64,000 nt of DNA, from the NCBI GenBank assembly GCA_965203165.1, contig OZ241849.1, positions 2,766,861 through 2,830,860 on the forward strand, written 5' to 3'. Made by a program: the position numbers and the translations under genes. Shown in pieces: positions 27,805 to 35,880 of this stretch (the stretch's first letter is position 1; each line of letters begins with the position of its first letter). The notes below the pieces were generated by a model that was given only the letters and a program-made list of their open reading frames with translations, did not search any database and was not told the origin of the DNA. Source of the DNA: Dehalococcoidia bacterium (lineage in GTDB: Bacteria > Chloroflexota > Dehalococcoidia > Bin125).

Positions 27805-29079
27805 TTAGCGTGCTGCTGTGTGCGGCAGATTGCGTTTGAGAACATCGCTTTCGGCGGCGGCAACGGCTGCCGACATCAACTCATCCAAGACCGCCTCGAG
27901 CTTGGAGTAGTCGTAGCTGCTGTTGCGCTGTTTGAGCTTCAAAAATCGACGGACGTAGCCTTGTTTATGCTCCAGTTCTCCCTGGTAACGGCGGAGTTTC
28001 TCGTTGTAGCCGGTCCAGCGGACAGTGGGCGTATAGCGCGTATCCCAGTTCAAGTCCAAGTAGCACTCGATGGCCGCAGCTCGTTGGTTGATGTCAGCAC
28101 TGCCTGCGCCTTCTGGTCCGGCCGTCTTGAATGTGCGAAGGGCATCCAGTGTCGGCAACACCATCGTCCGCATGTTATCTGGCATCGACAGCGTCTTGGC
28201 TTCGTCGTGTTTTTCCCAACCCGCAGTATCGTTGTCGTATACGATCACGATATTGTTTTCGATGCCGATGCTCACGAGACCTTGGCAGAATTTGTGGAGG
28301 TTGCCAGTGCCGCTGAACGGATACCCTTGCTCCATATCGACGAATCGGAAGAAATCCGCAACGCCGGGGCGAAGAACTGCGAGTGCGCGTTCGATTACCT
28401 TTGCATCTGAACTACCCTCAGTCACCACGAGAAACGGTCGGGCGCAACCCAAAGCCTCTATGATCCGCTCACGCTCGACCCATCCGTTCTCGACGACATC
28501 AGCGAAGTTCCACGTGACGTCCAGTTGAGCGAGCTGGGCATCTTCAGCCAGAATGCGAAGTATCGCGTATGGCGCGAGATCACCCAAGAACTCGTAGATG
28601 TGGTCAAGCTGAGGCTCGGGAGCCGACAGCGGCTCTGATGTTTGATCGCGGATAATCGCCCGGGCAAGGCTGCGGACGAATTCACCTGGTGGCAGATCCG
28701 GCCACTCAGCAGCAGCTGAAGTGGCATGGGCGAGTCTCGTGAACATCCTCGTTGTGTCGGAATCGGCACCGGACGCCGCTTCGACAAACGAGAGCGATGT
28801 CCAAGCACTATCTGAAGCGGCGGTCAATGCCTGGGCGATCAGGGTAGTTGAGGCTTTTAGGGTAAAACCCAGGAGGTCGAGCCGACGGCTGGTAGCTGAT
28901 AGCGGGCGAACAGCACTCTCGCGCATTTCTGTAATCGGGTTGTCGTTGCAGTCGACATAGTCGTAGCCAGCCAAGCCGATGTCAGACGTTTGGAATGGAA
29001 CTCCGTGGAGTTGGCCGGTTCCGTTTTTCGCGTTGTCGATCAGGTGAGCGCCGAGTTGCAGAGTGATTATAGATCCCAT
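27805..29079 (-). CDS. HEPN/Toprim-associated N-terminal domain plus Toprim (OLD-type, no ATPase) protein
   Basis: ATG 29079 follows GGAGG. N-terminus MGSIITLQLGAHLIDNAKN....FQTSD recalls the HEPN_Toprim_N family. Toprim Glu (FLVVTEGSSDAKV) and DxD (IVIVYDNDTAG) are present, with a possible Rx6H at RMFTRLAH. The region is lower in GC. Confidence 0.5.
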   Translation of the reverse strand: MGSIITLQLGAHLIDNAKNGTGQLHGVPFQTSDIGLAGYDYVDCNDNPITEMRESAVRPLSATSRRLDLLGFTLKASTTLIAQALTAASDSAWTSLSFVEAASGADSDTTRMFTRLAHATSAAAEWPDLPPGEFVRSLARAIIRDQTSEPLSAPEPQLDHIYEFLGDLAPYAILRILAEDAQLAQLDVTWNFADVVENGWVERERIIEALGCARPFLVVTEGSSDAKVIERALAVLRPGVADFFRFVDMEQGYPFSGTGNLHKFCQGLVSIGIENNIVIVYDNDTAGWEKHDEAKTLSMPDNMRTMVLPTLDALRTFKTAGPEGAGSADINQRAAAIECYLDLNWDTRYTPTVRWTGYNEKLRRYQGELEHKQGYVRRFLKLKQRNSSYDYSKLEAVLDELMSAAVAAAESDVLKRNLPHTAAR

Positions 29080-29153
29080 GCCACACCTCCAGACTGCTGT
29101 CCAGGTCAAGTCCGATGACGCGCCTGGACCGACAGCTGCGTTTGCCGCAGTTG

Positions 29154-30074
29154 CTATTGATCCTCGTACGTCTCGAAGTAGCGGTTCTTCACTGCCTTCT
29201 GGTTTTCGTAGATCGAGCCCTGGCTGGGGGCTGGGGGGAGCGGGAGGTAGGGCGGGACTGCGGTTTGGCGGGGCTGCTCTACGTCTTCGCCGGCGCAGAG
29301 CAGGCCCTGGTAGTAGTCGAGGCTCATTTTGCCCAGGCCCTGGATGGGCCAGGCGTCGGCGGCGGCGTAGCCGAAGAGCAGCAGGCGGCGCGGGTTCTCG
29401 GAGCGGTTGAGCGCCGAGCCGTGCATCATCCGCACGTGGTGGAAGGAGACGGAGCCGGCCGGGCCCTCGAGGGCGACCGTGTCGCGCTCCATATCCCAGT
29501 CGAACTCGCTGGGCTCCACCGCGCCGGTGAAATAGCGGCCCTCGGGGTGGTGGTGGTCGTAAATCTTGCCCTTGTGCGAGCCGGGCACGACCAGCAGCGG
29601 GCCGTTCTGCTCGTAGCAGTCGTCGAGCAGGATGCCGGCGGCGAGCAGGTCGTCGTTGGTGTGGGGGTAGAAGGGCCAGTCCTGGTGCCACTCGACGGGC
29701 GCGCCGTACTGCGCCTCTTTCATGTTGAGCTTGTCGTTCTGCAGCCGCACATTGGGACCGATCAGGGCGGAGACGACTTCCATCAGGACGGGGTGCTGGG
29801 CGAGCTCGCGGAAGAAGGGCCAGTGGGCGTGGGGCGACTTGAGCCGCCGCACGCGGGGGTCGTCGGGCGTGTGCGAGTCCTCGAGGTCGTAGCGCGCGTC
29901 GTGGTCGGTCAGGCCGGCGGCCTCGGCGACGATCCGGTCGGTCTCGTCGCGCAGCGCTTGCAGCGTGTCGTCGGGCAGCAGGCTGGGGATCAGCAGGTAG
30001 CCGTTCTCGTGGTAGAACTCAACCTGCTCGGGGGTAACGAGCGGTTTGACGGCGGTGGCGGTCGTCGTGGTCAT
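29154..30074 (-). CDS. Phytanoyl-CoA dioxygenase (PhyH) family Fe(II)/2OG oxygenase
   Basis: TPEQVEFYHENGYLLIPSLL, VEWHQDWPFYPH and SVSFHHVRMMHGS motifs. Confidence 0.85.
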   Translation of the reverse strand: MTTTTATAVKPLVTPEQVEFYHENGYLLIPSLLPDDTLQALRDETDRIVAEAAGLTDHDARYDLEDSHTPDDPRVRRLKSPHAHWPFFRELAQHPVLMEVVSALIGPNVRLQNDKLNMKEAQYGAPVEWHQDWPFYPHTNDDLLAAGILLDDCYEQNGPLLVVPGSHKGKIYDHHHPEGRYFTGAVEPSEFDWDMERDTVALEGPAGSVSFHHVRMMHGSALNRSENPRRLLLFGYAAADAWPIQGLGKMSLDYYQGLLCAGEDVEQPRQTAVPPYLPLPPAPSQGSIYENQKAVKNRYFETYEDQ

Positions 30075-30153
30075 TGGGCGGCTCCTGCTCCTCAGGCGGC
30101 TGCTCGGGTTGCAATGCGCGCAGTGTAGGCGATGGCGCGGCTAGACTGCGCGG

Positions 30154-31797
30154 GTGACCAAGCCAGTCTATGAGCATGCAATTCGCTGGGAGTCGCGCCG
30201 TTCGCCGGTGCTCTCGACGCGCGGCGCGGTGGCGGCGAGCCAGCCGCTGGCGACGCTGGCCGGGGTGCGGATGCTGCAGGCGGGCGGCAACGCGGCCGAC
30301 GCGGCGGTGGCCGCGGCCGCGGCGCTGGCGGTGGTCGAGCCCAACTCGACGGGGATCGGCGGCGACTGCTTCTGCCTCTTCTACCGCGTTTCGGACGGGG
30401 CGGTGGAGGCGATCAACGGGAGTGGGCGCAGCCCGGCCGCGCTGACACTGGAGCGAGCGGGCGGCGCGGAGGGTTTCGAGCGGCAGGGCGCGCACGCGGT
30501 GACCGCGCCGGGCACGATCGCCGGCTGGTCGGACACGCTGAGCCGCTTCGGGCGGATGACGCTCACCGAGGCACTCGGGCCGGCGATCGAGCTGGCCGAG
30601 CAGGGCTTCCCGGTCACGCCGGTGATCAGCCGCGGCTGGGCGAGCCAGGAGCAGCTGCTGCGCGAAAAGGGGCCGGCGGGCGGCGATCTGCTGCTCGGCG
30701 AGCGCGCGCCGCGCGCGGGCGAGGTGTGGCGCAATCCGCGCATCGCGCGGGTGCTGCGCGCCGTCGCCGAAGGCGGTCCCGACGCCTTCTACCGGGGCGC
30801 GCCGGCGCGGGCGATCGTCGAGGCGCTGGAGCTGCACGGCGGCTGCATGACGTTGGACGATCTGGCCGCGCACTGCTCGACATTCGAGCCGCCGCTCTCG
30901 ACGACCTACCGCGGCCACACGGTCTACGAGTGCCCGCCCAACGGCCAGGGAATCACGGCGCTGATCGCGCTGAACATCCTCGAGGGGATTGACATCGCGG
31001 GGACGGCGCCGCGCACGGTCGAGGCGCTGCATCCGACGATCGAGGCGATTCGGCTGGCGTTCGCCGACGCGCGGGCTTACGTGGCCGATCCGGCGCGCGC
31101 CGCGGTGCCGGTCGAGGGGCTGCTGAGCAAGGCCTACGCGGCGGAGCGGCGCGGGTTAATCCAGTCGGACGCGGCGATCGATCTGGCAAGGGCCGGGCAG
31201 CCGTCCGCTCTGCCCGGCGGGTCGGACACGGTCTATCTCTGCGCGGTCGACGGCGAGGGCAACGCCTGCTCGTTCATCAACAGCAACTACGAGGGCTTCG
31301 GCAGCTGCATCGTGCCCCGCGATTGCGGCTTCAGCTTGCAAAACCGCGGCGCGGGCTTCGCGCTGGAGCCGGGCCACCCCAACGCGCTGGAGGGCGGCAA
31401 GCGGCCCTATCACACGATCATGCCGGCGATGCTGACGCGGCCCGACGGCTCGCTGTTCGCCGCGTTCGGGGTGATGGGCGGCTGGAATCAGCCGCAGGGG
31501 CACACGCAGGTCGCGATCAATCTGATCGATCGGGGGATGGATCCGCAGGCGGCGATCGACGAGCCGCGCTTTTCGATCCAGACCGACCCACCCAACGGCG
31601 ACATCTGGGTTGAGGACGGCATCCCGGTAGAGGTGATCAGCGCGCTGGCGCAGCTGGGGCATCCGGTGCGGCCGGCGTCGGGCGCGCTGCGCAGCGGCGC
31701 GGTGGGCAAGGGGCAGATCATCGCGCGGGATCCGCAGACAGGCGTGCTCTGGGCGGGCTCGGACCCGCGCGCCGACGGCTGCGCAATCGGGCTGTAG
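30154..31797 (+). CDS. ggt: Gamma-glutamyltransferase
   Basis: AVAASQPLAT..GVRMLQAGGNAADAAVA, autoprocessing Thr context GGSDTVYLCAVD, and MGGWNQPQGH. Confidence 0.9.
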   Translation: MTKPVYEHAIRWESRRSPVLSTRGAVAASQPLATLAGVRMLQAGGNAADAAVAAAAALAVVEPNSTGIGGDCFCLFYRVSDGAVEAINGSGRSPAALTLERAGGAEGFERQGAHAVTAPGTIAGWSDTLSRFGRMTLTEALGPAIELAEQGFPVTPVISRGWASQEQLLREKGPAGGDLLLGERAPRAGEVWRNPRIARVLRAVAEGGPDAFYRGAPARAIVEALELHGGCMTLDDLAAHCSTFEPPLSTTYRGHTVYECPPNGQGITALIALNILEGIDIAGTAPRTVEALHPTIEAIRLAFADARAYVADPARAAVPVEGLLSKAYAAERRGLIQSDAAIDLARAGQPSALPGGSDTVYLCAVDGEGNACSFINSNYEGFGSCIVPRDCGFSLQNRGAGFALEPGHPNALEGGKRPYHTIMPAMLTRPDGSLFAAFGVMGGWNQPQGHTQVAINLIDRGMDPQAAIDEPRFSIQTDPPNGDIWVEDGIPVEVISALAQLGHPVRPASGALRSGAVGKGQIIARDPQTGVLWAGSDPRADGCAIGL

Positions 31798-31810
31798 AAG
31801 GGCGAGCAAG

Positions 31811-32776
31811 TTGGCTAGCAGAATCGAACGCATTCGCGCGATCTGGCCCAATGAGGAACGCGACTTCACACCGTGGTTGGCCCAGAACCTGCGCGTACTG
31901 AGCGATGCCCTCGGTCTCCAACTCGAACGGCCGCGATGCGAGGTGCCAGTCGGCCTCTATTCGCTAGACGTGTTCGCGGTTGACGCTCTCAGCGACGATG
32001 CAGTGGCGATCGAGAACCAGATCGACGAGTCCAACCACAGCCACCTGGGTCAACTTCTCACGTATGCCTCGGGACTCGGCGCTCAAAAAGCGATCTGGAT
32101 CGCATCTGAGTTCTCGCCTGAGCATCTTCGCGCTCTAGACGATCTCAACCGGACAGCCTCCGATGGCCGCGAGTTCTTCGCAGTCGTCCTTGACGTCCCG
32201 GCACGCGCCACACCCAAGAACCCAGCGGTCAAGCTCACTGTCGTCTTGACTCCAGATCGGAAGAAGACTCCGCCCGGCAAGGCACCAGCTCGCAATCGCG
32301 GGGGCAAGTACGACCGATTCGCCCGAGATGTCGCGCCACTGTTGGGATCTCAGGGATTCACCCCAGCCAACTCTGCACGTGTTCCGGCCAAGGCTCACGC
32401 CTCCGAGCGCTTCTTCTTCGGCGGCTATCGCGATGATGCCGTCTCCTACAATCTGTCCGTCGAAGCTGGAGAGATTCGCGCCTATCTCTTCCACCACGGC
32501 GGACGCGCGTCGGAACGTCGCGCATTGCACGACCGCTTCAAGCGTGACGAGCTGCGCATCAAGGAAGCGCTTGCCAACGCAGGGCAGCAGAGTGGTTTTC
32601 GGATCAAGCACATCAACCCGCAAGGTATTTTCCGCTGGTTGATCGGAGTCAGTGTGCCGGGATCGATCGACACGCCCGCGGATGCTGAGGCGGCGCTCAA
32701 TTGGCTCACCAGCTCGATCCCCACCCTGCGGCGAGTCCTTGAGCCGCAGCTGCGCGAATTCCTCAACGGCGACTAA
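31811..32776 (+). CDS. PD-(D/E)xK-like nuclease N-domain plus DUF4268-like C-domain protein
   Basis: E.DFTPWLAQNL..L...LGL.L......V.VG.YSLDVFA.D...DDAVAIENQIDESNHSHLGQLLTYASGL.AQKAIWIA is the pattern typical of this family. Confidence 0.55.
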   Translation: MASRIERIRAIWPNEERDFTPWLAQNLRVLSDALGLQLERPRCEVPVGLYSLDVFAVDALSDDAVAIENQIDESNHSHLGQLLTYASGLGAQKAIWIASEFSPEHLRALDDLNRTASDGREFFAVVLDVPARATPKNPAVKLTVVLTPDRKKTPPGKAPARNRGGKYDRFARDVAPLLGSQGFTPANSARVPAKAHASERFFFGGYRDDAVSYNLSVEAGEIRAYLFHHGGRASERRALHDRFKRDELRIKEALANAGQQSGFRIKHINPQGIFRWLIGVSVPGSIDTPADAEAALNWLTSSIPTLRRVLEPQLREFLNGD

Positions 32777-32780
32777 TCCG

Positions 32781-32905
32781 CGGCATCCAGTCCGCTGCGC
32801 AGCGGCGCGGTGGGGAAAGGGCAGATCATCGCGCGAGATCCGCAGACGGGCGTGCTCTGGGCGGGCTCAGACCCACGCGCCGACGGCTGCGCGATCGGGC
32901 TGTAG
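32781..32905 (+). pseudogene. Orphan 3'-end fragment of ggt (duplicate of 31687..31797)
   Basis: 32795..32905 differs from 31687..31797 at 7 of 111 nt. All 7 are synonymous, and both encode LRSGAVGKGQIIARDPQTGVLWAGSDPRADGCAIGL*. Confidence 0.9.
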
Positions 32906-32939
32906 GCTGACCCAAGGCGAACGACGGCGGAGGCCGGCG

Positions 32940-33146
32940 ATGAGGCGAACATTCACAGCGAGCGTGGCGCAAGAGGGCGAGTGGTACGTCGCGCAGGCCC
33001 TGGAAGTCGATGTCGCGAGCCAGGGGGAGTCGGTGGATGAGGCGCTGGCGAACCTGCGCGAGGCGATTGAGCTCTACTTCGAGCCGCCGCGGGCGACCGA
33101 CGCCCCTGAGTTGCACCAGATCGAGGTAGAGGTTGCCGCCGGCTAG
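32940..33146 (+). CDS. HicB-like (UPF0150) antitoxin-fold small protein, no adjacent HicA
   Basis: FTASVAQEGEWYVAQALEVDVASQGESVDEALANLREAIELYFE. ATG 32940 follows GGAGG. Confidence 0.6.
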   Translation: MRRTFTASVAQEGEWYVAQALEVDVASQGESVDEALANLREAIELYFEPPRATDAPELHQIEVEVAAG

Positions 33147-33160
33147 GGCGCTTTTCTTTT

Positions 33161-33263
33161 CAGATGGACGGGGTGAAACCTTTCAATTGGACGGTGGGTA
33201 AGTTTTCAAATGGACGTCGGTCAACCTTTCAATTGGACGGGGTTGGGTTTACGATTGGACGAT
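33161..33263 (+). repeat. Five iteron-like direct repeats (22-23 bp period) abutting the AAA ATPase start codon
   Basis: CAGATGGACGGG at 33161, CAATTGGACGGT at 33184, CAAATGGACGTC at 33206, CAATTGGACGGG at 33229 and CGATTGGACGAT at 33252. The last contains ATG 33262. Confidence 0.85.
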
Positions 33264-34596
33264 GGCCGACGCCGCGCTCTACCCCCGCTACGCCGAACTG
33301 CGCCTGGCCGAGGCGCTGGAGGAGTCGCCGATTGTGCTGATCCAGGGGCCGCGGCAGTGCGGCAAGACCACGCTGGCGCAGATCGTGGGCTCGCCGCGCG
33401 GCCTGACGGCGGGTGCGAACCCTCCCGCGGGGGAGGGCGCCTATTCCTACGTGACCTTCGACGACGACATCGCGCGCAGCGGCGCGGAGACCGACCCGAT
33501 GGGATTCATCGCGGGCCTGCCGGAACGCGCGGCACTGGACGAGGTGCAGCGCGTGCCGGGCATCTTCACCGCGCTGAAGCTGGCGGTGGACCGCGACCGC
33601 AGGCCAGGGCGCTTCCTGCTGACCGGCTCGACCAACGTGCTGCAGACGCCGAACTTGGCGGACTCGCTCGCCGGGCGGATGGAGACCGTGCGGTTGCACC
33701 CGCTGGCGCAGTGCGAGCTCGCCGATCGTTCCGATCGTCCTGAGGCGCGGCTGGAGGACGGGCGCTTCATCGGCTTCCTCGATGCGCTGTTCGAGGGCGG
33801 CTTCGAGACGCGGCGCAGCGAACCGCTGGGCGCGGAGTTGCACGAGCGGATCGTCGACGGCGGCTATCCGGCGGCGCTGGCGCGGCGCGCGGGGCGGCGG
33901 CGCGCGGTCTGGTACCGCGACTACGTGGAGGCGCAGATGCAGCGCGATGTGCGCGATATGTCGCGGATTCGGACGCTCGAAGCGCTGCCCCGGCTGATGC
34001 GTCTGGCGGCGGTGCAGACGGCGACGCTGCTCAACGTCTCGGATCTGGCGCGCTCGTTCGAGCTCAGTCTGCCGACCGTGCGCAGCTATCTCGAGCTGCT
34101 GGAGCGGGTCTTTCTGCTCGAGCGGCTGCCGCCCTGGCACAGCAACCGGCTGAGTCGGCTGATTAAGACGCCGAAGCTGCACATCGGCGACACGGGGCTG
34201 GCCTGCGCGCTGATGGGGCTCAACGCGGCCGGGCTGGCGCGCGACCCGCAGCGGCGCGGCGCGCTGCTCGAGACGTTCGTCTTTCAGGAGCTGCGCCGCC
34301 AGGCCGCCTGGTACGACGCGCCGCTCGATTTCTTCCACTTCCGCGACAAGGACAAGGCGGAGGTGGACATCGTGATCGAGCGGGGCGGGATCCAAGTGGC
34401 GGGCGTGGAGGTCAAGGCGGCGAGCACGGTTTCGGAGGGCGATTTCCGCGGCCTGCGTCGGCTGCGCGAGGCGAGCGGCGCGCAGTTCGCCGCCGGCGTG
34501 GTGCTGCACGACGGTGAGATCTCGACGAGCTTCGGCGACGGTCTCTACGCGGTGCCCATTCGGATGCTGTGGGAGGCGGCGGGGATTGAGCGCTGA
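33262..34596 (+). CDS. AAA-family ATPase with DUF4143 C-terminal domain
   Basis: Walker A GPRQCGKTT. AAA_14-like LDEVQRVP. C-terminal YFRDKDKAEVDIVIE is the pattern of the DUF4143 (PD-(D/E)xK-like) family. Confidence 0.75.
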   Translation: MADAALYPRYAELRLAEALEESPIVLIQGPRQCGKTTLAQIVGSPRGLTAGANPPAGEGAYSYVTFDDDIARSGAETDPMGFIAGLPERAALDEVQRVPGIFTALKLAVDRDRRPGRFLLTGSTNVLQTPNLADSLAGRMETVRLHPLAQCELADRSDRPEARLEDGRFIGFLDALFEGGFETRRSEPLGAELHERIVDGGYPAALARRAGRRRAVWYRDYVEAQMQRDVRDMSRIRTLEALPRLMRLAAVQTATLLNVSDLARSFELSLPTVRSYLELLERVFLLERLPPWHSNRLSRLIKTPKLHIGDTGLACALMGLNAAGLARDPQRRGALLETFVFQELRRQAAWYDAPLDFFHFRDKDKAEVDIVIERGGIQVAGVEVKAASTVSEGDFRGLRRLREASGAQFAAGVVLHDGEISTSFGDGLYAVPIRMLWEAAGIER

Positions 34597-34653
34597 TGCG
34601 GCCTTGCCATTCGACGGATCAGGTCCGCTCGCGCCGGCGGGCGGCGGCCGCTG

Positions 34654-35427
34654 CTACGCGGCTGCGCCCGCCAGCCGCGGGATGTCGTCGGAAGCGCGCT
34701 CCCGGAAGTCGTTCAACGCGGGGTATTGGCGGTCCGCGTTCCGCATCAGCATGAGCGTCTCTTTCGAACCCAGCTCCTCGATGTCCTCGTGGATGACCAG
34801 GCTGATGAACGGCAGGCCAGCCTTTTGAAATTCCAGCAGCGCGATGGTGACGTTCTTGGCTTTGTCGTTGCCTCGCACGCCGAAGACGTAGAAGTCTCTG
34901 TCGTTATGCGTCAGTTGCCAGTCGACGCTGATCGGATAGTCGGGCAGCGGAGCGACATCCTGCGTCGGGCTGAACACGGCGAGATCGCCTTGAACGTACT
35001 CGGTGAGATCGTCGTAGAACGCGCTGCGCACCACTTCCCGACTCCAATAGCTCATACTCGACACTTTCTGCACGCAGCTGGCGAACTGGAGGATGCTCGC
35101 GTAGAGCGAGTCGATGGGCGCATCGAGGTAGAGGTTGCCATTGTCGTTCTGGACGCCGCTGTTAATCAGGATGCTCTCGAGGATGCCGCGGCGGGTCGGA
35201 GAATTGATCTCGAAGCTGTACGAGAGGCGCATCAAGGCCATCCCGAAATCGCAGATGCGGACCTGCTCAGTGCCGCGCGGGCTCTGCTGCAAGTAGATGT
35301 CCACCATGTCACCGTCTTCGTGCGAGATCGGCGCAATGAGTTGGAGAGCGCCCGGCCGACGCTCGTAGAGGTCGAAACCGCTGTTGAGCGATTCACGGAG
35401 CGCTGCCCTGATCGCGTCATTGTTCAT
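34654..35427 (-). CDS. DUF1828/DUF1829-like protein
   Basis: 257 aa in a lower-GC segment next to the tRNA. N-terminal ..HEDGDMVDIYL... and C-terminal pattern recalled from DUF1828/1829 proteins. Low certainty. Confidence 0.4.
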   Translation of the reverse strand: MNNDAIRAALRESLNSGFDLYERRPGALQLIAPISHEDGDMVDIYLQQSPRGTEQVRICDFGMALMRLSYSFEINSPTRRGILESILINSGVQNDNGNLYLDAPIDSLYASILQFASCVQKVSSMSYWSREVVRSAFYDDLTEYVQGDLAVFSPTQDVAPLPDYPISVDWQLTHNDRDFYVFGVRGNDKAKNVTIALLEFQKAGLPFISLVIHEDIEELGSKETLMLMRNADRQYPALNDFRERASDDIPRLAGAAA

Positions 35428-35635
35428 TGAACAGCTGCCCCTGCGACAATTCGGGAAAGAAGCCTATGAAATTGCCGTTGATCGGGCGGGAGTGCTTGAT
35501 GCAGCGTCTGCTCCGCGCATTTGTTGACCCGACTCTGGCAAGTGGCGGAGCAGCTCGCCGAATTCAGTCCGGCCTCTGCTCAACGGCGGCACCCAACCAG
35601 TTTCGCGAGCGCCAAGCGATGAGCGTGGAAGGGGG

Positions 35636-35711
35636 TGGTGGAGCTGGGGGGACTCGAACCCCCGGCCTTTTGACTGCCAGTCAAACGCTCTCCCAACTGA
35701 GCTACAGCCCC
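35636..35711 (-). tRNA. tRNA-Ala (anticodon GGC)
   Basis: Reverse complement GGGGCTGTAGCTCAGTTGGGAGAGCGTTTGACTGGCAGTCAAAAGGCCGGGGGTTCGAGTCCCCCCAGCTCCACCA. Folds as a cloverleaf, has the G3:U70 alanine identity pair, anticodon loop CTGGCAG, and encoded CCA. Confidence 0.95.
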
Positions 35712-35880
35712 ACGCGCCTGGGCGCTGGGGCCAGCTTAGGTGTGGCGGGCGGTTTGCGCCACTGAATGCGGCGTTTTACGCTTGCGTCACATTAGACGCG
35801 CGGTTGACATTGATCTGGGTATTCTGACTGTGATTGACGCGCTGCGACTGCGAGGTCGGCCGCGGCGGGAGGCGGCGAAC

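Noticed and set aside
27805-29691. 628-aa version of the HEPN/Toprim-like ORF
   Set aside because: The upstream 200 or so codons are Arg/Pro-rich and overlap the phyH gene. A GGAGG-preceded ATG at 29079 begins the recognisable N-terminal domain, so the CDS was shortened.
32906-33261. HicA toxin partner for the HicB-like gene
   Set aside because: No ORF with a HicA-like sequence (dsRBD fold, conserved GSH) was found on either side. Upstream is the ggt remnant and downstream is the iteron array.
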